Assembly (NCBI GenBank): GCA_965655095.1
Contig: OZ296649.1
Location: forward strand, 120,218,001 to 120,282,000
Length of the DNA: 64,000 nucleotides
From: Haplodiscus bocki
Lineage: Eukaryota
Direction of reading: 5' to 3'
The translations under genes and the position numbers were made by a program. Each line of letters begins with the position of its first letter. The stretch's first letter is position 1. This document shows, one piece after another, positions 25,301 to 37,300 of the stretch. The notes beneath the pieces are model-generated. The model worked only from the letters and a program-made list of their open reading frames with translations. It made no database searches and had not been told where the DNA came from.

Positions 25301-28300
25301 GCAGGCTTCTTTTGTCCGAACTGTTCTCGTTTTGCATTTGTGCCTGTATTCTGTTGTTGCCTAGATTTTGAGCATGCGCTCTCGCCTTCGCTCTAAATAT
25401 TGTTCATGCGCTCTAGCTGTTGAAAAAATTGGGTCACGTAGCATATTTCCACGAATGCGCGCCTATTTTAAATATAAGGCTAATCAACTACTATACTACT
25501 CACACTTCGTACTCTTTACACTTGTATATAAACTTATGAGAATTAACTGAGTTAAATAAGTTTTTTCCCTCGGAGTTTGGATTTCTTTGAGGCAGGTAGA
25601 GTTCAACTGCTTTTGATTATGGCGGTTTTTTTTCGTGTCTGCGTCCTTTTCGAAAGCCCTCAAGCGTTTCGGTACACGCGGTTGCAGTGCGCATCGCCAA
25701 AAGGGACCTGCAAGTCAAAATGCCAGCCTTCACACTTTGTTGTTTTCTCACCAAGCCCTCAAATATAGCTTCTCTTTTTTTCCGAACATCCGGAGGGATT
25801 TCGATTTTTTTTCAGAACTTTATATGTTTCCTGGAAATCGCAAAGCTCATCATTGCTTTCAATTTTTCTGTAGTCTATTCCTTGATTGTCGCAGATGTCA
25901 GAAACAGTATCACAATGAAAGAGAAAGATGCGTTTATTCGGCCGATTTCAAATGCTGTGGCGGAATGTATCTTATGTCAGTTCAGGTATTTTTTCATAGT
26001 GCTTCTTCAAACCTAGCTTTTTTGGTTGAAACCCTGACCAGGATGAAATTAGGAGCAAGATAGTACAGCATAGAATTATTGTTGAAAAGTTCATGGCAGC
26101 GAGTTCTAAGTCTAACGGAATTCGATCGGGGAATGACGTAGGTGTTACACTGAGTATTGAGTGGATAGTATTTTCCCCGTTTTGTTGACCAAGAGAGCAT
26201 AACTGCAAGCAGGTGTAACATGCCCAAGTTTTTCATGGCTGCTGTGAGCTCGATAAAGAGTTGGTGCAAACTTGAACGTGCCGTCGGCTAGCCAATTTGA
26301 TGATGCTCGCTAGAGTTTAGCCATCTCATCGTCTCCCAAAAGCAGAATGCGGTCGCTGTCCTCCTTGCCCGTATGAGTCAAAAAGAGCAATGAGAACACT
26401 TCAGAGACGTTCTCACTGGGGTGTGATGGCTCAACTTTATCTTCACTGGCACCAACGCATTGCTCACTGCCACTGACAGTTTGCGTATTCACTGGCTTCC
26501 TTTATCTGTGAAATATTTTCCCATTTTCCGGAATCAGTGTCATGGTAATGTTCGCCGTTTATTTCACTAATTTCTATTGTAAATGGTACTGCTGTTACGG
26601 GGCACTTTTTTCATACCTTCAACTATTAGTGTAGGCTTGCCTTTAGAGGGAGTGGTAAATATTATTTCATTAACATTAGGTGCAACAGGAAACAGATTGT
26701 TGCAATATTTTCAGTCATAAATGAGATTAATTCAAACTATGTTTACTTGCATTTGTGAATTTTTTTACCTGATTCACTAGGACGCTATTGTCAGTAGGCT
26801 GTAAAATAATTGTTAAACTAGAGCTGTTTAACTGTGTTTCGAGAATTGATAATCAATGTAAAAATGCGCTCAATGTGTGACTCTGTTTTCGTGACAAAAA
26901 TTTCAGTAACCACTTAGTTCATTGCTTCTACTGATTTGGTTTGACGCTGTAACGTAATTAGGTTTTGGATGCAATTGATAGTTGGATGAAATTTTCTGGG
27001 GGTCAATTGAAAGTGGGTTAAATTGTATCTGGGGTGAAATAAACTTGGACCCCGAGAGAAATGCGAGACAATTCCCCGTAGCTGCAGTATAATACGATAG
27101 TGTATAGGCAATTACAAGCTCATGTCGTTTGACCACTTTCTAGTGAACTGTCCCTTGACAGCGGGCGTCCTTGTTATATATGTATGTCCATCATGGATCC
27201 GAAAATAGTATCATATTGTTCCACGAATTCTGGAGTTTTGTTTTTATAATTATACTTTTGCAAGCTTGTACTATATCGCAGGCTTCTTTTTCTCCGAACT
27301 GTTCTCGACTTGCATTTGTGCCTGTATTCTGTTGTTGCCTAGATTTTGAGCATGCGCTCTCGCCTTCGCTCTAAATATTGTTCACGCGCTCTAGCTGTTG
27401 AAAAAATTGGGTCACGTAGCATATTTCCACGAATGCGCGCCTATTTTAAATATAAGGCTAATCAACTACTATACTACTCACACTTCGTACTCTTTACACT
27501 TGTATATAAACTTATGAGAATTAACTGAGTTAAATAAGTTTTTTCCCTCGGAGTTTGGATTTCTTTGAGGCAGGTAGAGTTCAACTGCTTTTGATTATGG
27601 CGGTTTTTTTCGTGTCTGCGTCCTTTTCGAAAGCCCTCAAGCGTTTCGATACACGTGGTTGCAGTGCGCATCGCCAAAAGGGACCTGCAAGTCAAAATGC
27701 CAGCCTTCACACTTTGTTGTTTTCTCACCAAGCCCTCAAATATAGCTTCTCTTTTTTTCCGAACATCCGGAGGGATTTCGATTTTTTTTCAGAACTTTAT
27801 ATGTTTCCTGGAAATCGCAAAGCTCATCATTGCTTTCAATTTTTCTGTAGTCTATTCCTTGATTGTCGCAGATGTCAGAAACAGTATCACAATGAAAGAG
27901 AAAGATGCTTTTATTCGGCCGATTTCAAATGCTGTGGTGGAATGTATCTTATGTCAGTTCAGGTATTTTTTCATAGTGCTTCTTCAAACCTAGCTTTTTT
28001 GGTTGAAGCCCTGACCAGGATGAAATTAGGAGCAAGATAGTACAGCATAGAATTATTGTTGAAAAGTTCATGGCAGCGAGTTCTAAGTCTAACGGAATTC
28101 GATCGGGGAATGACGTAGGTGTTACACTGAGTATTGAGTGGATAGTATTTTCCCCGTTTTGTTGACCAAGAGGGCATATCTGCAAGCAGGTGTAACATGC
28201 CCAAGTTGTTCATGGATGCTGTAAGCTCGATGAAGAGTTGGTGCAAACTTGAACGTGCCGTCGGCTAGCCAATTTGATGATGCTCGCTAGAGTTTAGCCA

Positions 28301-31300
28301 TCTCATCGTCTCCCAAAAGCAGAATGCGGTCGCTGTCCTCCTTGCCCGTATCAGTCAAAAAGAACATTGAGAACACTTCAGAGACGTTCTCACTGGGGTG
28401 TGATGGCTCAACTTTATCTTCACTGGCACCAACGCATTGCTCACTGCCACTGACAGTTTGCGTATTCACTGGCTTCCTTTATCTGTGAAATATTTTCCCA
28501 TTTTCCGGAATCAGTGTCATGGTAATGTTCGCCGTTTATTTCACTAATTTCTATTGTAAATGGTACTGCTGTTACGGGGCACTTTTTTCATACCTTCAAC
28601 TATTAGTGTAGGCTTGCCTTTAGAGGGAGTGGTAAATATTATTTCATTAACATTAGTTGCAACAGGAAACAGATTGTTGCAATATTTTCAGTCATAAATG
28701 AGATTAATTCAAACTATGTTTACTTGCATTTGTGAAATTTTTTACCTGATTCACTAGGACGCTATTGTCAGTAGTCTATAAAATAATTGTTAAACTTGAG
28801 CTGTTTAACTGTGTTTCGAGAATTGATAATTAATGTAAAAATGCGCTCAATGTGTGACTCTGTTTTCGTTACAAAAATTTCAGTAACCACTTAGTTCATT
28901 GATTCTACTGATTTGCTTTGACGCTGTAACGTAATTAGGTTTTGGATGCAATTGATAGTTGGATGAAATTTTCTGGGGATCAATTGAAAGTGGGTTAAAT
29001 TGTATCTGGGGTGAAATAAACTTGGACCCCGAGAGAAATGCGAGACAATTCCCCGTAGCTGCAGTATAATACGATAGTGTATAGGCAATTACAAGCTCAC
29101 GTCGTTTGACCACTTTCTAGTGAACTGTCCCTTGACAGCGGGCGTCCTTGTTATATATGTATGTCCATCATGGATCCGAAAATAGTATCATTTTGTTCCA
29201 TGAATTCTGGAGTTTTGTTTTTATAATTATACTTTTGCAAGCTTGTATTATATCGCAGGCCTCTTTTTCTCCGAACTGTTCTCGACTTGCATTTGTGCCT
29301 GTTTTTTGTTGTTGCCTAGATTCTGAGCATGCGCTCTCGCCTTCGCTCTAAATATTGTTCACGCGCTCTAGCTGTTGAAAAAATTGGGTCACGTAGCATA
29401 TTTCCACGAATGCGCGCCTATTTTAAATATAAGGCTAATCAACTACTATACTACTCACACTTCGTACTCTTTACACTTGTATATAAACTTATGAGAATTA
29501 ACTGAGTTAAATAAGTTTTTTCCCTCGGAGTTTGGATTTCTTTGAGGCAGGTAGAGTTCAACTGCTTTTGATTATGGCGGTTTTTTTCGTGTCTGCGTCC
29601 TTTTCGAAAGCCCTCAAGCGTTTCGATACACGTGGTTGCAGTGCGCATCGCCAAAAGGGACCTGCAAGTCAAAATGCCAGCCTTCACACTTTGTTGTTTT
29701 CTCACCAAGCCTTCAAATATAGCTTCTCTTTTTTTCCGAACATCCGGAGGGATTTCGATTTTTTTCAGAACTTTATATGTTTCCTGGAAATCGCAAAGCT
29801 CATCAATGCTTTCAATTTTTCTGTAGTCTATTCCTTGATTGTCGCAGATGTCAGAAACAGTATCACAATGAAAGAGAAAGATGCTTTTATTCGGCCGATT
29901 TCAAATGCTGTGGTGGAATGTATCTTATGTCAGTTCAGGTATTTTTTCATAGTGCTTCTTCAAACCTAGCTTTTTTGGTTGAAGCCCTGACCAGGATGAA
30001 ATTAGGAGCAAGATAGTACAGCATAGAATTATTGTTGAAAAGTTCATGGCAGCGAGTTCTAAGTCTAACGGAATTCGATCGGGGAATGACGTAGGTGTTA
30101 CACTGAGTATTGAGTGGATAGTATTTTCCCCGTTTTGTTGACCAAGAGGGCATATCTGCAAGCAGGTGTAACATGCCCAAGTTGTTCATGGATGCTGTAA
30201 GCTCGATGAAGAGTTGGTGCAAACTTGAACGTGCCGTCGGCTAGCCAATTTGATGATGCTCGCTAGAGTTTAGCCATCTCATCGTCTCCCAAAAGCAGAA
30301 TGCGGTCGCTGTCCTCCTTGCCCGTATCAGTCAAAAAGAACATTGAGAACACTTCAGAGACGTTCTCACTGGGGTGTGATGGCTCAACTTTATCTTCACT
30401 GGCACCAACGCATTGCTCACTGCCACTGACAGTTTGCGTATTCACTGGCTTCCTTTATCTGTGAAATATTTTCCCATTTTCCGGAATCAGTGTCATGGTA
30501 AAGTTCGCCGTTTATTTCACTAATTTCTATTGTAAATGGTACTGCTGTTACGGGGCACTTTTTTCATACCTTCAACTATTAGTGTAGGCTTGCCTTTAGA
30601 GGGAGTGGTAAATATTATTTCATTAACATTAGTTGCAACAGGAAACAGATTGTTGCAATATTTTCAGTCATAAATGAGATTAATTCAAACTATGTTTACT
30701 TGCATTTGTGAAATTTTTTACCTGATTCACTAGGACGCTATTGTCAGTAGTCTGTAAAATAATTGTTAAACTTGAGCTGTTTAACTGTGTTTCGAGAATT
30801 GATAATCAATGTAAAAATGCGCTCAATGTGTGACTCTGTTTTCGTGACAAAAATTTCAGTAACCACTTAGTTCATTGATTCTACTGATTTGCTTTGACGC
30901 TGTAACGTAATTAGGTTTTGGATGCAATTGATAGTTGGATGAAATTTTCTGGGGATCAATTGAAAGTGGGTTAAATTGTATCTGGGGTGAAATAAACTTG
31001 GACCCCGAGAGAAATGCGAGACAATTCCCCGTAGCTGCAGTATAATACGATAGTGTATAGGCAATTACAAGCTCACGTCGTTTGACCACTTTATAGTGAA
31101 CTGTCCCTTGACAGCGGGCGTCCTTGTTATATATGTATGTCCATCATGGATCCGAAAATAGTATCATTTTGTTCCATGAATTCTGGAGTTTTGTTTTTAT
31201 AATTATACTTTTGCAAGCTTGTATTATATCGCAGGCCTCTTTTTCTCCGAACTGTTCTCGACTTGCATTTGTGCCTGTTTTTTGTTGTTGCCTAGATTCT

Positions 31301-34300
31301 GAGCATGCGCTCTCGCCTTCGCTCAAAATATTGTTCATGCGCTCTAGCTGTTGAAAAAATCGTGTCACATGGCATATTTCCACGAATGCGCGCCTATTTT
31401 AAGTATAAGGCTAATCAACTACTATACTACTCACACTTCGTACTCTTTACACTTGTATATAAACTTCTGAGAATTAACTGAGTTAAATAAGTTTTTTCCC
31501 TCGAAGTTTGGATTTCTTTGAGGCAGGTAGAGTTCAACTGGTTTTGATTATGGCGGTTTTTTTTCGTGTTTGCGTCCTTTTCGAAAGCCGTCAAGCGTTT
31601 CGATACACGCGGTTGCAGTGCGCATCGCCAAAAGGGACCTGCAAGTCAAAATGCCAGCCTTCACACTTTGTTGTTTTCTCACCAAGCCTTCAAATATAGC
31701 TTCTTTTTTTCCGAACATCCGGAGGGTTTTTCGATTTTTTTTAGAACTTTTTATGTTTCCTGGAAATCGCAAAGCTCATCAATGCTTTCAATTTTTCTGT
31801 AGTCTATTCCTTGATTGTCGCAGATGTCAGAAACAGTATCACAATGAAAGAGAAAGATGCTTTCATTCGGCCGATTTCAAATGCTGTGGTGGAATGTATC
31901 TTATGTCAGTTCAGGTATTTTTTCATAGTACTTCTTCAAACCTAGCTTTTTTGGTTAAGCCCTGACCAGGATGAAATTAGGAGCAAGATAGTTCAGCGTT
32001 GAATTATTGTTGAAAAGTTCATGGCAGCGAGTTCTAAGTCTAACGGAATTCGATCGGGGAATGACGTAGGTGTTACACTGAGTATTGAGTGGATAGTATT
32101 TTCCCCGTTTTGTTGACCAAGAGAGCATAACTGCAAGCAGGTGTAACATGCCCAAGTTTTTCATGGCTGCTGTGAGCTCGATAAAGAGTTGGTGCAAACT
32201 TGAACGTGCCGTCGGCTAGCCAATTTGATGATGCTCGCTAGAGTATAGACATCTCATCGTCTCCCAAAAGCAGAATGCGGTCGCTGTCCTCCTTGCCCGT
32301 ATTAGTCAAAAAGAACAATGAGAACACTTCTGAGACGTTCTCACTGGGGTGTGATGGCTCAACTTTATCTTCACTGGCACCAACGCATTGCTCACTGCCA
32401 CTGACAGTTTGCGTATTCACTGGCTTCCTTTATCTGTGAAATATTTTCCCATTTTCCGGAATCAGTGTCATGGTAATGTTCGCCGTTTATTTCACTAATT
32501 TCTATTGTAAATGGTACTGCTGTTACGGGGCACTTTTTTCATACCTTCAACTATTAGTGTAGGCTTGCCTTTACAGGAAGTGGTAAATAATATTTCATTA
32601 ACATTAGTTGCAACAGGAAACAGATTGTTGCAATAATTTCAGTCATAAATGAGATTAATTCAAACTATGTTTACTTGCATTTGTGAAATTTTTTACCTGA
32701 TTCACTAGGACGCTTTTGTCAGTAGTCTGTAAAATAGTTGTTAAACTAGAGCTGTTTAACTGTGTTTCGAGAATTGATAATCAATGTAAAAATGCGCTCA
32801 ATGTGTGACTCTGTTTTCGTGACAAAAGTTTCAGTAACCACTTAGTTCATTGCTTCTACTGATTTGCTTTGACGCTGTAACGTAATTAGGTTTTGGATGC
32901 AATTGATAGTTGGATGAAATTTTCTGGGGATCAATTGAAAGTGGGTTAAATTGTATCTGGGGTGAAATAAACTTGGACCCCGAGAGAAATGCGAGACAAT
33001 TCCCCGTAGCTGCAGTATAATACGATAGTGTATAGGCAATTACAAGCTCACGTCGTTTGACCACTTTATAGTGAACTGTCCCTTGACAGCGGGCGTCCTT
33101 GTTATATATGTATGTCCATCATGGATCCGAAAATAGTATCATTTTGTTCCATGAATTCTGGAGTTTTGTTTTTATAATTATACTTTTGCAAGCTTGTATT
33201 ATATCGCAGGCCTCTTTTTCTCCGAACTGTTCTCGACTTGCATTTGTGCCTGTTTTTTGTTGTTGCCTAGATTCTGAGCATGCGCTCTCGCCTTCGCTCA
33301 AAATATTGTTCATGCGCTCTAGCTGTTGAAAAAATCGTGTCACATGGCATATTTCCACGAATGCGCGCCTATTTTAAGTATAAGGCTAATCAACTACTAT
33401 ACTACTCACACTTCGTACTCTTTACACTTGTATATAAACTTATGAGAATTAACTGAGTTAAATAAGTTTTTTCCCTCGAAGTTTGGATTTCTTTGAGGCA
33501 GGTAGAGTTCAACTGGTTTTGATTATGGCGGTTTTTTTTCGTGTTTGCGTCCTTTTCGAAAGCCGTCAAGCGTTTCGATACACGCGGTTGCAGTGCGCAT
33601 CGCCAAAAGGGACCTGCAAGTCAAAATGCCAGCCTTCACACTTTGTTGTTTTCTCACCAAGCCTTCAAATATAGCTTCTTTTTTTCCGAACATCCGGAGG
33701 GTTTTTCGATTTTTTTTAGAACTTTTTATGTTTCCTGGAAATCGCAAAGCTCATCAATGCTTTCAATTTTTCTGTAGTCTATTCCTTGATTGTCGCAGAT
33801 GTCAGAAACAGTATCACAATGAAAGAGAAAGATGCTTTCATTCGGCCGATTTCAAATGCTGTGGTGGAATGTATCTTATGTCAGTTCAGGTATTTTTTCA
33901 TAGTACTTCTTCAAACCTAGCTTTTTTGGTTAAGCCCTGACCAGGATGAAATTAGGAGCAAGATAGTTCAGCGTTGAATTATTGTTGAAAAGTTCATGGC
34001 AGCGAGTTCTAAGTCTAACGGAATTCGATCGGGGAATGACGTAGGTGTTACACTGAGTATTGAGTGGATAGTATTTTCCCCGTTTTGTTGACCAAGAGAG
34101 CATAACTGCAAGCAGGTGTAACATGCCCAAGTTTTTCATGGCTGCTGTGAGCTCGATAAAGAGTTGGTGCAAACTTGAACGTGCCGTCGGCTAGCCAATT
34201 TGATGATGCTCGCTAGAGTATAGACATCTCATCGTCTCCCAAAAGCAGAATGCGGTCGCTGTCCTCCTTGCCCGTATTAGTCAAAAAGAACAATGAGAAC

Positions 34301-37300
34301 ACTTCTGAGACGTTCTCACTGGGGTGTGATGGCTCAACTTTATCTTCACTGGCACCAACGCATTGCTCACTGCCACTGACAGTTTGCGTATTCACTGGCT
34401 TCCTTTATCTGTGAAATATTTTCCCATTTTCCGGAATCAGTGTCATGGTAATGTTCGCCGTTTATTTCACTAATTTCTATTGTAAATGGTACTGCTGTTA
34501 CGGGGCACTTTTTTCATACCTTCAACTATTAGTGTAGGCTTGCCTTTACAGGAAGTGGTAAATAATATTTCATTAACATTAGTTGCAACAGGAAACAGAT
34601 TGTTGCAATAATTTCAGTCATAAATGAGATTAATTCAAACTATGTTTACTTGCATTTGTGAAATTTTTTACCTGATTCACTAGGACGCTTTTGTCAGTAG
34701 TCTGTAAAATAGTTGTTAAACTAGAGCTGTTTAACTGTGTTTCGAGAATTGATAATCAATGTAAAAATGCGCTCAATGTGTGACTCTGTTTTCGTGACAA
34801 AAGTTTCAGTAACCACTTAGTTCATTGCTTCTACTGATTTGGTTTGACGCTGTAACGTAATTAGGTTTTGGATTCAATTGATGGTTGGATGAAATTTTCT
34901 GGGGGTCAATTGAAAGTGGGTTAAATTGTATCTGGGGTGAAATAAACTTGAACCCCGAGAGAAATGCGAGACAATTCCCCGTAGCTGCAGTATAATACGA
35001 TAGTGTATAGGCAATTACAAGCTCACGTCGTTTGACCACTTTCTAGTGAACTGTCCCTTGACAGCGGGCGTCCTTGTTATATATGTATGTCCATCATGGA
35101 TCCGAAAATAGTATCATTTTGTTCCACGAATTCTGGAGTTTTGTTTCTATAATTATATTTTTGCAAGCTTGTACTATATCGCAGGCTTCTTTTTCTCCGA
35201 ACTGTTCTCGACTTGCATTTGTGCCTGTTTTTTGTTGTTGCCTAGATTCTGAGCATGCGCTCTCGCCTTCGCTCAAAATATTGTTCATGCGCTCTAGCTG
35301 TTGAAAAAATTGGGTCACATGGCATATTTCCACGAATGCGCGCCTATTTTAAGTATAAGGCTAATCAACTACTATACTACTCACACTTCGTACTCTTTAC
35401 ACTTGTATATAAACTTCTGAGAATTAACTGAGTTAAATAAGTTTTTTCCCTCGAAGTTTGGATTTCTTTGAGGCAGGTAGAGTTCAACTGCTTTTGATTA
35501 TGGCGGTTTTTTTCGTGTCTGCGTCCTTTTCGAAAGCCGTCAAGCGTTTCGATACACGCGGTTGCAGTGCGCATCGCCAAAAGGGACATGCAAGTCAAAA
35601 TGCCAGCCTTCACACTTTGTTGTTTTCTCACCAAGCCTTCAAATATAGCTTCTTTTTTTTCCGAACATCCGGAGGGTTTTTCGATTTTTTTTAGAACTTT
35701 TTATGTTTCCTGGAAATCGCAAAGCTCATCAATGCTTTCAATTTTTCTGTAGTCTATTCCTTGATTGTCGCAGATGTCAGAAACAGTATCACAATGAAAG
35801 AGAAAGATGCTTTCATTCGGCCGATTTCAAATGCTGTGGTGGAATGTATCTTATGTCAGTTCAGGTATTTTTTCATAGTACTTCTTCAAACCTAGCTTTT
35901 TTGGTTAAGCCCTGACCAGGATGAAATTAGGAGCAAGATAGTTCAGCATTGAATTATTGTTGAAATGTTCATGGCAGCGAGTTCTAAGTCTAAAGGAATT
36001 CGATCGGGGAATGACGTAGGTGTTACACTGAGTATTGAGTGGATAGTATTTTCCCCGTTTTGTTGACCAGGAGAGCATAACTGCAAGCAGGTGTAACATA
36101 CCCAAGTTGTTCATGGATGCTGTAAGCTCGATAAAGAGTTGGTGCAAACTTGAACGTGCCGTCGGCTAGCCAATTTGATGATGCTTGCTAGACTTTAGCC
36201 ATCTCATCGTCTCCCAAAAGCAGAATGCGGTCGCTGTCCTCCTTGCCCGTATCAGTCAAAAAGAACAATGAGAAAACTTCAGAGACGTTCTCACTGGGGT
36301 GTGATGGCTCAACTTTATCTTCACTGGCACCAACGCATTGCTCACTGCCACTGACAGTTTGCGTATTCACTGGCTTCCTTTATCTGTGAAATATTTTCCC
36401 ATTTTCCGGAATCAGTGTCATGGTAATGTTCGCCGTTTATTTCTCTAGTTTCTATTGTAAATGGTACTGCTGTTATGGGGCACTTTTTTCATACCTTCAA
36501 CTATTAGTGTAGGCTTGCCTTTAGAGGAAGTGGTAAATAATATTTCATTAACATTAGTTGCCACAGGAAACAGATTGTTGCAATAATTTCAGTCATAAAT
36601 GAGATAAATTCAAACTATGTTTACTTGCATTTGTGAAATTTTTTACCTGATTCACTAGGACGCTTTTGTGAGTAGTCTGTAAAATAGTTGTTAAACTAGA
36701 GCTGTTTAACTGTGTTTCGAGAATTGATAATCAATGTAAAAATGCGCTCAATGTGTGACTCTGTTTTCGTGACAAAAGTTTCAGTAACCACTTAGTTCAT
36801 TGCTTCTACTGATTTGGTTTGACGCTGTAACGTAATTAGGTTTTGGATTCAATTGATGGTTGGATGAAATTTTCTGGGGGTCAATTGAAAGTGGGTTAAA
36901 TTGTACCTGGGGTGAAGTAAACTTGGACCCCGAGAGAAATGCGAGACAATTCCCCGTAGCTGCAGTATAATACGATAGTGTATAGGCAATTACAAGCTCA
37001 CGTCGTTTGACCACTTTGTAGGGAACTGTCCCTTGACAGCGGGCGTCCTTGTTATGTATGTATGTCCATCATGGATCCGAAAATAGTATCATTTTGTTCC
37101 ACGAATTCTGGAGTTTTGTTTCTATAATTATACTTTTGCAAGCTTGTACTATATCGCAGGTTTTTTTCTCCGAACTGTTCTCGACTTGCATTTGTGCCTG
37201 TATTCTGTTGTTGCCTAGATTTTGAGCATGCGCTCTCGCCTTCGCTCTAAATATTGTTCACGCGCTCTAGCTGTTGAAAAAATTGGGTCACGTAGCATAT

